NCBI RefSeq assembly: GCF_988242995.1
Contig: NZ_OZ547043.1
DNA: 64,000 nucleotides
Strand: one strand, 5' to 3'
The notes under the pieces are model-generated. The model ran no database searches. It worked only from the letters and a program-made list of their open reading frames with translations, and had not been told where the DNA came from. This document shows positions 9,001-18,052 of the stretch, piece after piece. The position numbers and the translations under genes were made by a program. The first letter of the stretch is position 1. Each line of letters opens with the position of its first letter.

Positions 9001-10735
9001 GCCGCGCATCCGCTTCTGTCAGCCGCCCCCGCGCATCCTGTTCGTAGGTCGCCAGCGTCTGTATGCCGTTATCCGTGCGGTGAATGGCTTTCAGGTAGCC
9101 GCTGGCGTGGTACGTCAGTTTAAGCCGGATCCCGTCAGTGTGACTGACACCTGTGATCCGGTACTGGCTGTCGCGCTCAAACGTGATGCGGTTGCTGGCG
9201 GTGTCGCTCATCCCGCCCAGCATGTACATCCGGTCTGCGGGGCTGTGTGCCAGACGGTCATCGCTGGTATCGTCAGTCACCGGGTGGCGCAGACGCATTC
9301 CCGGAAAGGCGTCATAAAAGAAGCGGCTGCTCAGTGCATCCCTGTCGAACAGCTCCAGGTAATCATCGCGGCGGCGCAGAATGTACTGGGCGTGATACGG
9401 GTTAACCGCCGTATCACTGTCACCGTCGAAGGCAAATCTCAGCGTGGTTCCCTGGCTGATGATATCCACCCGGTTTCCCTGTTCACGCACCCAGGCGTAT
9501 TCGCTCCAGGAGTCGCTCCAGCCCACGCCCGTCAGGCCATGCAGTGGCAGTACAGAACTGTGGAAACGGGTGAAGGAGAGGGGGAGTGTCTGGCCCAGCG
9601 TAAAGTCGGTACGTTCGTCGCAGTATGCGCCGGTTACCGGATCGACAGGATCTGTTACCCATCTGATGACTTTATTGGCAATACTTTTTAACGACTTACC
9701 TGTTTTCCCCAGCAACGCGCCGAGCTTTGCCCCCAGCAGCTTCCCGCTTTTCCCCAGCAGGTTTCCCAGTTTGCCGAGTCTCGCCAGATTCTTCAGTTTT
9801 CCCAGCAGTCCCGCTGGCGGCAGAAGATAGCTGGCTATCGTTATTCCCCCCAGGATCATTCTCTGCCACGGCGGGAACTCCGGCTGGATATCCAGATAGG
9901 TGACCTGCTCACCCCCAATAAAGACGTCCGGCGAACCTTCCACGATTGCCGCACTGCACTCCAGTTTGTCCCCCTTGCGTGCAGCAGGCTGATTGTTGAT
10001 AAAGACGTTGCTGCTGCCCTGGGCTATCCTCGGCGGTTTGTTCTCCTTGTCGCAGAGCGCCGTGTCCTCACCGGCTTCCGGGAAATCCACGTCTTTTTTG
10101 ATTTCGCCACGCCCGCCCACCATGGTGGCAAACTCCATTAATACCGGACCGGCGGGAAACAGAAGCGATGCGCCGGCGCTGACGCGATCCATAATACCGG
10201 CATTGCTGTCCGTCAGGGTGATAACAGCGTTCCCCCAGGCCTTCGCCAGTGGTACTGCTTTTTCCGCTGCCGATTCAAGCAGGTCAGTGGCAATATCCCC
10301 CCATGAAGGTTCCCCCTGTGGTAGAGAGGGTATTGCTTCAGTCAGGGGAGGAGGGGGAAGGGTGACGGCGGCCCTGGCAGCGGGCTTTCCGTTAATTTTT
10401 ACATTTTTAGAACCAGTATTGATGGCCCCGTCCTTGTCACAAAAGCTGTTTATCCATGACTCAAGCTGGTTCTGTTTCTCCTCCACATAATCACTCGCCT
10501 TATAGCTGGCATACATCAGCGCAGGCACCAGAACCAGCGCATAAGGGCCGGTGGCGCAGGCGGCCATAATCAGGCAACCTTCTGCGATAGTTACTATCGC
10601 CCCCAGCACGGCCCCTGCCAGTGCCCCCAGAAAACTTTTATGCTGAATTTCATCGTCCAGTCTGGCGGCAGGTGGGCCGGACTTCTTTGCTGCCAGCATC
10701 TCTGCAATGGCTTTGTCGTTGGCTGCCCGTTTCAT
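6071..10735 (-). CDS. rhs: Rhs-family T6SS effector: N-terminal prePAAR motif ([10 protein letters not shown]) and transmembrane segment, PAAR domain, YD-repeat core, DPxGL cleavage motif, unrecognised 115-aa C-terminal toxin domain; 1554 aa
   Basis: ORF track 1554 aa; repeated YD/RYxYD motifs, PAAR motifs, ...[27 protein letters not shown] near C-terminus. Start could instead be Met13 (about 10699). Confidence 0.9.
   Translation of the reverse strand: [1554 protein letters not shown]
6074..6418 (-). other. Variable C-terminal toxin domain of the Rhs protein (residues after DPLGL), AT-rich, family not recognised
   Basis: Base composition shifts from the GC-rich rhs core to AT-rich downstream of the DPxGL motif, typical of displaceable Rhs-CT/immunity cassettes. 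Confidence 0.7.
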
Positions 10736-10800
10736 CTAGCTGGCGACCATCGCCCGCTGCGACTGCATTCGCATTGCCAGCGTACCGCCTGCGGTCGCTC

Positions 10801-10886
10801 CCTGTGGCCCGCTCTGTCCTTCGCTCATTGGTTTTATCCCTGTGGCCCGCTCTGTCCTTCGCTCATTGGTTTTATCCCTGTGTCTG
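10801..10886. repeat. Direct tandem repeat, 38-bp unit CCTGTGGCCCGCTCTGTCCTTCGCTCATTGGTTTTATC x2 plus partial third copy, in the eagR-rhs intergenic region
   Basis: Read directly from sequence at 10801-10838 and 10839-10876, then CCTGTG. Confidence 0.85.
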
Positions 10887-11348
10887 TCAGCGCGGCTGGT
10901 CCTGTTTGATATTCTTCTCCGGCGGTAATGGTGTGAAGCTCTTTATCACATCGAGCAGCATCGTCTTTTGACTGTTCTTAAGGGGTAAAGACGTACTGAA
11001 CGTGAAGGTCAGCAGCGTATCACCACGCCGCTGAAATACGGCTATCTGGCTAATCCGCCCCTGATTCCCTTCATCTTCCGGACCGTTCCAGGAATAATCC
11101 AGCAGCCAGGCCGGGGCCTCTGCCAGAGTGATTTCCCGGCAGGCATGTTCGGTGTAACCGTCCAGCTTGCCCTGGTACAGCGCCAGCGTTTCCTTGTACA
11201 GTTCTGGTGTCAGGGTTCCCTGTGGAACGGGTTCGCGGGTAATGACCAGGTTGATGCCACTGTTATCTGTGGACACCAGGACCTGCATTGACTGATCCTG
11301 CCATTGCGATGGCAGCTGAATATGACCTTCATTAAAAGTGAACTGCAT
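10887..11348 (-). CDS. DUF1795-family (EagR-like) effector-associated chaperone, 153 aa
   Basis: ORF MQFTFNEGHIQLPSQWQDQSMQVLVSTDNSGINLVITREP... lying between vgrG and a prePAAR Rhs effector; AGGGAG RBS. Confidence 0.75.
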   Translation of the reverse strand: MQFTFNEGHIQLPSQWQDQSMQVLVSTDNSGINLVITREPVPQGTLTPELYKETLALYQGKLDGYTEHACREITLAEAPAWLLDYSWNGPEDEGNQGRISQIAVFQRRGDTLLTFTFSTSLPLKNSQKTMLLDVIKSFTPLPPEKNIKQDQPR

Positions 11349-11375
11349 AAAATACTCCCTGATAATTTGAATGAA

Positions 11376-13277
11376 TCAGTTAATGAAAACAGAACCGCCC
11401 ACGATGGTGATGCCATCCTTCGACAGCCTGATTACCGTCGATTCCCCGACCTGTAGCTGAATGCCATCCGGCGTCAGCGCAATTTTGCTTTCCTCCACGG
11501 CCAGCATAATTTGCTTAATTGCCGTATAAGCCTGTATACCGTCGCCTTCGCCACCATTGTTTACAGCGTCAACATGCACTGAACCGGCAATCGTGCCTCT
11601 GTCCTGAAAAACATCCTCAGATAAAGACCCTTTTAGTACGCCTGTGATTTTGTGGCCTTTTTCCACCGTAAGAAGGCGGTTACCTTCCTGGATCGTGACC
11701 GTCTGGTCATTTTTTACGGTTTCGCGGTGATCGTGTTTTACGGTGGTGGTACGGTCGTTGAGTACCTCGGTATCCATGTTCTTCTGGGCGTGGATGTAGA
11801 CCTGTTCTTTCCCTGTCGCATCGTCAAACTTCAGCTCGTTAAACCCGCTGCCCATATATGTTTTGGAGCGGATGGTCATCTGCGTCTTCGTTCCCGGCAG
11901 GCTGCCCGGCGAGCGGTTATCTTCGTGGTAGGTGCGCCCCATAATGATCGGCTGGTCCGGATCGCCGTTGAGGAAGTCCACAATGACCTCCTGACCCACA
12001 CGCGGTATCGCCAGATTGCCGAACCCGGCTCCTGCCCACGCCTGTGCCACACGGATCCAGCACGAACTGTCCTGGTCTGCCGGGTTATAGCGGTCCCAGT
12101 TGAATTTCACCCGCACCCGGCCATGCTCGTCGCAGAAGATTTCCTCTCCCGCAGGCCCCGTCACGACGGCGCTCTGTGGACCGTCCACTGACGGCTTTGG
12201 CTTCGGCTGTGGCCGCCACGTCCGGTCTGCCGGGATTACCACAAACTGGTTCTCCAGCGCCGTCCCCGCGCCCCGCCGTCCCGGCACCGCCTGCGGCTGT
12301 TCGCCGTGCAGTTCGCTCGCCACCACCTGCCATTCCCGGTTCAGGTTCGCCTGCGGATGCTCCGTCAGCACAATTCGCCGTCCCGGCCATATCTCCGGCG
12401 AGCGGCTCATTCCCCGCGCGGTTTCTGCGTTGTTTCGCCAGCCGTCCATCTGCCAGCGGGCAAAGTTCTGCCCGTGGGCGCTCTTGAAACGCCCGGGGTA
12501 GTCATACACTTCATACTGCGTGCGCTGGTAGTCCTGGTGCTGGCCTTCCTGTTCAAAACGTCCGGCCCAGCCGGGGCGTTTAAAGGTGTAGTCTTTGGTC
12601 ACCACGGAAGAAGGGCGGATTTGTGCGCTGTAGCGGAACTGGCTGATGCAGAGGGTGCTCACCTCGGTACGGGTGTTCGGGTTCCATGGGATTTCAAAAG
12701 ATTCGGGCAGATGGCGGACTGTGTCGCACAGCACCAGGCTCTGGTCGGTACTTTTGTAAGCATGCTCCTCATAAAAGAAGATGCCTTCCTCCGCCGCCAT
12801 CCGGCACAGGAAATCGTAATCAGTCTCACCGTACTGGACACAAAACTCACGGGAAGGATGCGGCTCGCTGAACAGCGGACTCCATTCGGTCACCCCGTTT
12901 TCCTGCAACATCGTGCCGAGGATGCTTCTGATGTCCTCGTTCTGGAAGATACGGAAGTTCTGACGCAGTCCTGCCCGCCACAGCGGCGGGCGCACCTTCA
13001 TGCTGTACAGCATCTGGTTTTTGTCGTTCTCCCCGAGTTCAAACCAGGTCACCACGCCTTTCACCCGGCGCTGTACGTCATCGCCCTGCCATACCGTCAG
13101 GTAGGCCATTTTGTCCAGCACCTGCGCAAATTCAAGGTAGAGAAACTGCTGACTGACCAGAGAAAGGTCAAGGGAAAAAAGTGAAGAGAGTGACTGGGTG
13201 AGATGAAAGGAGACCACCGCAAAAGCGTCCGGTGGCAGGCCGTCCACTTCCAGTGTGAAACGTAATCCGGTTGACAT
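11376..13277 (-). CDS. vgrG: Type VI secretion system spike protein VgrG (Rhs-element Vgr protein), 633 aa
   Basis: ORF track translation contains MSTGLRFTLEVDGLPPDAF... ending ...KDGITIVGGSVFIN; start moved to Met13 (ATG at 13277 with GGAGG RBS). Confidence 0.9.
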   Translation of the reverse strand: MSTGLRFTLEVDGLPPDAFAVVSFHLTQSLSSLFSLDLSLVSQQFLYLEFAQVLDKMAYLTVWQGDDVQRRVKGVVTWFELGENDKNQMLYSMKVRPPLWRAGLRQNFRIFQNEDIRSILGTMLQENGVTEWSPLFSEPHPSREFCVQYGETDYDFLCRMAAEEGIFFYEEHAYKSTDQSLVLCDTVRHLPESFEIPWNPNTRTEVSTLCISQFRYSAQIRPSSVVTKDYTFKRPGWAGRFEQEGQHQDYQRTQYEVYDYPGRFKSAHGQNFARWQMDGWRNNAETARGMSRSPEIWPGRRIVLTEHPQANLNREWQVVASELHGEQPQAVPGRRGAGTALENQFVVIPADRTWRPQPKPKPSVDGPQSAVVTGPAGEEIFCDEHGRVRVKFNWDRYNPADQDSSCWIRVAQAWAGAGFGNLAIPRVGQEVIVDFLNGDPDQPIIMGRTYHEDNRSPGSLPGTKTQMTIRSKTYMGSGFNELKFDDATGKEQVYIHAQKNMDTEVLNDRTTTVKHDHRETVKNDQTVTIQEGNRLLTVEKGHKITGVLKGSLSEDVFQDRGTIAGSVHVDAVNNGGEGDGIQAYTAIKQIMLAVEESKIALTPDGIQLQVGESTVIRLSKDGITIVGGSVFIN

Positions 13278-14020
13278 AGCAACCTCCGTGAAAATGAATA
13301 ATAATCCGCACATATTGCATGTACAACATGTCGGGTAATGAGATAAGCGGGCCGGCTTCAGGTGTTACCGGGGAATATCAGAAAAGTGTCATGGTTATGT
13401 GAGAATTTTGTCCGGGATTTTACTTCAGAGAAACGGGGGTCTGTTGAGTCAACAAAATAATCACAAACTCAACTGACGGGTTCACGATGTTATTAAGGAC
13501 AGGCTCGTATATTACATCGAGTAACAAAAAAACACCTGATATGCAAAGTTAAACCAATATTCATAATGTCTTTTTATTCACAGTAATAAATAATTCAATA
13601 AACATCATTGAAATGAATGATGGTTTGTATAAGGAATATACGCTACCGCCCCACCCTGATAACATGATCTGCACATTGCCATCTTAACGTCGTTAGACGC
13701 TGGCTTAATAGTGAATATTTTAAATTAGGAATTTATCAAATCCACTTGATAAATAGATTGTGTGAATAATATAGAGATTAATGATGCCTGACTGCGCTTT
13801 ATATTATAGCCGATTCTTTTATAGTGATGAAAATTTAGTAATAGCATTGTGCTCTACAATTGGTAGAAACACGAATTTGATTAAATTGCATATCTAAATA
13901 TCTCGTAAATATCCGAAAATGAATAACCTTCGATTTCAGACGACCAATAAGGTCTTCCCTGTTTTATTGATAAATAATAACAGAAGGCGATACATCACTC
14001 TTTGAGTTTGAACTAACTAA

Positions 14021-15469
14021 TTAACCTTTCTCCGGTAGTTTGATCATAAACCTTGTTCCCCGCGCATCTGACGTTACCGCAACCGTGCCTTTATGCGCGA
14101 CAACAATTGATTTCACTATCGCCAGGCCAATGCCGCTACCTTCGCCTTTTCGCTGGCGGGAAGGATCAACGCGGTAGAAACGGTCAAACAATCGCGGTAA
14201 GTGTTCGGGCGCAATGGGCGTACCGGGGTTTTCGACGGAAACTTGCACCTGGTGATCGACCGTCTGGCAGCGCACAACAATTGCCTCTCCGGGTGGCGTA
14301 TAACGCAGGGCGTTCGAAAGCAGGTTGCTTAACGCCCGACGCAGCATCAGCGGATCGCCCGCAACCTGACACTCGTCACCAACAAACCGCAACTCCACGC
14401 CGCGATCTTCCGCTAACGCCTCGAAAAAATCGAACACTTTGCCGACTTCATCCGCCAGGTTGAGCATTTTCTTTTCGGGGATTAACTGGTTGTTATCGGC
14501 CTGGGCGAGAAACAACATATCGCTGACCATTTTCGCCATTCGCGTCAGCTCTTCGAGATTAGAGTAGAGCACATCTTCCAGCTCCTTCTGGCTGCGTGAC
14601 TGGCTGAGGGCGATTTCGGTTTGCGTTATGAGATTCGTAATTGGTGTACGAATTTCGTGAGCGATATCCGCTGAGAAATTGGACTGGCGAGTAAAGACAT
14701 CCTCAATACGCTCGATCATATGGTTGAACGACAGTACCAGCTGTTCCAGCTCAATCGGCACGGTCTGCGGGTCAAGGCGAACGTCGAGATCTTTCGAGGT
14801 GATATTCTGGATTTGACGGCTGACGCTGCGGATCGGCGCGTGACCTTTATGTACCGCCAATAGCACGATAAAGACGATCAGGATGCTGATGATCGATGCG
14901 GTCATAATAAGTTTATTCATCAAATCATTTATGTAATGAAGATGAAAATCGATCGAAAGCGCGATGTAGAGCGTATAAATCGGTTTGCCGTCCACCAACG
15001 GGCCAACCGGCAAGTTAATCATCCGCCAGTTGCTGTGTTCCATATGCCCGTGACCGTGGCCCGGCATCATCATTGTCGGGCCGGAAAGGAGATACACCTC
15101 GCCGCCCCGCGCGTCTTTATCGGGTATGGCATCACGTGCAAACTCGCGGATATCGGGCGCACCGGGGGAGTGATATACCGTTTTACCGTGGCTATCTGCC
15201 AGGGAGATCAACACATTGGAATAACCACTGACAATATCTTCCAGCGTCATTAAGCGTCGGGCTTGCGTTTCGTCAGGGTGATTAAGTACCCGTTCAAGTG
15301 TGGCGCTAATTTCTTTTAAATCATTAATATCCTGCTCGGCAAAATGCACTTTTACCGAGTGGATCATTATCCATGCAAAGGCGAAAAACGCCGCGATGGT
15401 GGCGAGGCTGATAAAAAAGGTCAGGCGGGTTGCCAGCGAAAACGGGCGCTGAAATGGCTTACTGACCAT
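14021..15469 (-). CDS. cusS: Copper/silver sensor histidine kinase CusS
   Basis: ORF track match to CusS; start set at [16 protein letters not shown] (ATG at 15469), overlapping cusR 3' end by 11 bp. Confidence 0.95.
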
Positions 15470-16142
15470 CCGGCACCTCAAGCATGTAACCCACGCCGCG
15501 CACGGTTTGAATCAGCTTCGGCTCAAAGTCGTTGTCGATTTTGCCACGCAGCCGCTTCACCGCCACATCAATGGCGTTAGTGTCGCTGTCGAAATTCATG
15601 TCCCACACCTGCGAGGCGATAAGCGAGCGGGGCAGCACTTCGCCCTGATGGCGAAGGAAAAACTCCAGCAGAGTAAACTCTTTACTGGTCAGAGTGATGC
15701 GCGTACCGCTGCGGGTGACTTTGCGGCTGACGAGATCGACCATCAAATCGGCAACCTGAAACTGACTTTCGATAATCACCGCCGCCCCGCGCCGCAGTAA
15801 TGTGCGCACCCGCGCCAGCAGTTCAGCAAAAGCGAATGGCTTCACCAGGTAGTCATCTGCCCCCAACTCCAGCCCCTTGACGCGATGTTCAATGGTGCCA
15901 AGCGCGGTAAGCAACAGAATCGGCATCCCTTTATTGGCGGAACGCAACATACGCACGATATCCCAGCCGTTCACGTCTGGCAGCATAATATCGAGGATTA
16001 TCAGGTCATAATCACCGGTCATCGCCAGATGGTAGCCATTCAGCCCGTTGTCGGCCAAATCGACCACAAAACCGGCTTCGGTTAACCCTTTGGTCAAGTA
16101 TTCTCCGGTTTTCTTTTCATCTTCGACAATCAACAGTTTCAT
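15459..16142 (-). CDS. cusR: Copper/silver response regulator CusR, 227 aa
   Basis: ORF track [20 protein letters not shown]..., OmpR-family; GGAGG RBS. Confidence 0.97.
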
Positions 16143-16207
16143 ATTTCCTCCGCATGTTGCCCGGGCAATTCTAGAGTAGCGGGATCAGATGGCAATCGCT
16201 TATTGGC

Positions 16208-16229
16208 AAAATGACAATTTTGTCATTTT
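16208..16229. promoter_or_regulatory. CusR box, perfect palindrome AAAATGACAATTTTGTCATTTT, in the divergent cusR/cusC promoter region
   Basis: Palindrome read from sequence; matches the known CusR-binding consensus. Confidence 0.8.
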
Positions 16230-16298
16230 CCTGTCACCGGAAAATCAGAGCCTGGCGGGTAAAGTTGGCGACATAAAATCACCAGAAATTATGTGCCT

Positions 16299-17681
16299 AT
16301 GTCTCCTTGTAAACTTCTGCCATTTTGTGTGGCCCTTGCGCTAACCGGTTGTTCACTGGCACCGGATTATCAGCGCCCGGCAATGCCCGTGCCGCAGCAG
16401 TTCTCACTCAACCAGAACGGCCTGGTTAACGCAGCAGATAACTACCAGAACGCGGGCTGGCGCACCTTTTTTGTTGATAATCAGGTGAAGACGCTGATTA
16501 GCGAGGCGCTGGTGAATAACCGGGATTTGCGCATGGCGACGCTGAAAGTGCAGGAAGCGCGGGCGCAATATCGTCTGACCGATGCCGACCGCTACCCACA
16601 GCTCAATGGCGAGGGCAGCGGCAGCTGGAGCGGCAATCTTAAAGGCGATTCAGCCACGACGCGGGAGTTCTCGACTGGCCTTAACGCCAGCTTTGATCTC
16701 GATTTTTTCGGTCGCTTAAAGAACATGAGCGAAGCCGAGCGACAAAATTATTTAGCCACTGAGGAAGCCCAGCGCGCGGTGCATATTCTGCTGGTTTCTA
16801 ATGTCGCGCAAAGCTATTTCAATCAGCAGCTGGCGTATGCGCAATTGCAAATCGCCGAAGAAACGCTGCGTAATTATCAGCAGTCATATGCGTTTGTCGA
16901 AAAACAACTGTTGACCGGTAGCAGCAATGTTCTGGCGCTGGAACAGGCTCGCGGGGTGATTGAAAGTACCCGCAGCGACATCGCTAAACGTCAGGGGGAA
17001 CTGGCGCAGGCGAATAATGCATTGCAACTGTTATTGGGAAGCTACGGCAAGCTGCCGCAAGCGCAGACAGTAAACAGCCACAGCCTGCAAAGCGTTAAAT
17101 TACCGGCGGGCTTGTCGTCGCAAATTTTATTGCAGCGCCCGGATATTATGGAAGCTGAACACGCGTTAATGGCGGCTAATGCCAATATTGGTGCTGCACG
17201 TGCAGCATTTTTCCCGTCTATCAGCCTGACCAGCGGAATATCGACCACCAGCAGCGATCTGTCGTCATTATTTAACGCCAGCAGCGGGATGTGGAATTTT
17301 ATTCCCAAAATTGAGATCCCCATTTTTAATGCCGGACGCAACCAGGCCAATCTGGATATCGCCGAAATTCGCCAGCAGCAGTCGGTGGTGAATTATGAAC
17401 AGAAAATCCAGAACGCCTTTAAAGAAGTGGCAGATGCGCTGGCATTACGTCAAAGCCTGAACGATCAAATTAGCGCCCAGCAGCGTTATCTGGTGTCGCT
17501 GCAAATTACTTTGCAACGGGCGCGGGCATTATATCAGCACGGCGCAGTAAGCTATCTGGAAGTGCTGGATGCTGAGCGTTCTTTATTTGCAACCCGACAA
17601 ACTTTACTTGACCTGAATTATGCCCGTCAGGTTAGCGAAATTTCTTTATATGCCGCCTTAGGCGGCGGTTGGCAGCAATAA
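16299..17681 (+). CDS. cusC: Copper/silver efflux outer membrane factor CusC
   Basis: ORF track; start set at ATG giving MSPCKLLPFCVALALTGCSLAPDY (lipoprotein signal); track ORF begins 6 bp upstream at GTG. Confidence 0.93.
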   Translation: MSPCKLLPFCVALALTGCSLAPDYQRPAMPVPQQFSLNQNGLVNAADNYQNAGWRTFFVDNQVKTLISEALVNNRDLRMATLKVQEARAQYRLTDADRYPQLNGEGSGSWSGNLKGDSATTREFSTGLNASFDLDFFGRLKNMSEAERQNYLATEEAQRAVHILLVSNVAQSYFNQQLAYAQLQIAEETLRNYQQSYAFVEKQLLTGSSNVLALEQARGVIESTRSDIAKRQGELAQANNALQLLLGSYGKLPQAQTVNSHSLQSVKLPAGLSSQILLQRPDIMEAEHALMAANANIGAARAAFFPSISLTSGISTTSSDLSSLFNASSGMWNFIPKIEIPIFNAGRNQANLDIAEIRQQQSVVNYEQKIQNAFKEVADALALRQSLNDQISAQQRYLVSLQITLQRARALYQHGAVSYLEVLDAERSLFATRQTLLDLNYARQVSEISLYAALGGGWQQ

Positions 17682-17704
17682 TTTTTAACTCCAGGAGAGA
17701 ATAA

Positions 17705-18037
17705 ATGAAAAAAGCACTGCAAGTCGCAATGTTCAGTCTGTTTACCGTTATTGGCTTTAATGCCCAGGCTAACGAACATCATCATGAAACCATGAGCGAA
17801 GCAAAACCACAGGTTATTAGCGCCACTGGCGTGGTAAAAGGTATTGATCTGGAAAGCAAAAAAATCACCATCCATCACGATCCGATTGCTGCCGTGAAAT
17901 GGCCGGAGATGACCATGCGCTTTACTATAACCCCGCAGACGAAAATGAGTGAAATTAAAACCGGCGACAAAGTGGCGTTTAATTTTGTCCAGCAGGGCAA
18001 CCTTTCTTTATTACAGGATATTAAAGTCAGCCAGTAA
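17705..18037 (+). CDS. cusF: Periplasmic copper chaperone CusF, 110 aa
   Basis: ORF track MKKALQVAMFSLFTVIGFNAQA... Confidence 0.97.
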   Translation: MKKALQVAMFSLFTVIGFNAQANEHHHETMSEAKPQVISATGVVKGIDLESKKITIHHDPIAAVKWPEMTMRFTITPQTKMSEIKTGDKVAFNFVQQGNLSLLQDIKVSQ

Positions 18038-18052
18038 CCCAGGTTTAATGAG

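Noticed and set aside
6452-9691. Several long plus-strand ORFs (for example 6452..7291, 279 aa; 8699..9691, 330 aa) antisense to rhs
   Set aside because: They lie opposite a well-supported 1554-aa Rhs ORF, are Ala/Arg/Pro/Gly-rich as expected from GC-rich antisense frames, and have no recognisable motifs or RBS; treated as spurious.
10801-10886. 38-bp tandem repeat as a mini-CRISPR
   Set aside because: Only two and a half contiguous identical units with no spacers and no cas genes; a simple tandem duplication.
11652-13184. Plus-strand ORFs (179 aa, 133 aa, 292 aa) antisense to vgrG
   Set aside because: Antisense to a conserved VgrG frame, low-complexity composition, no start context; spurious.
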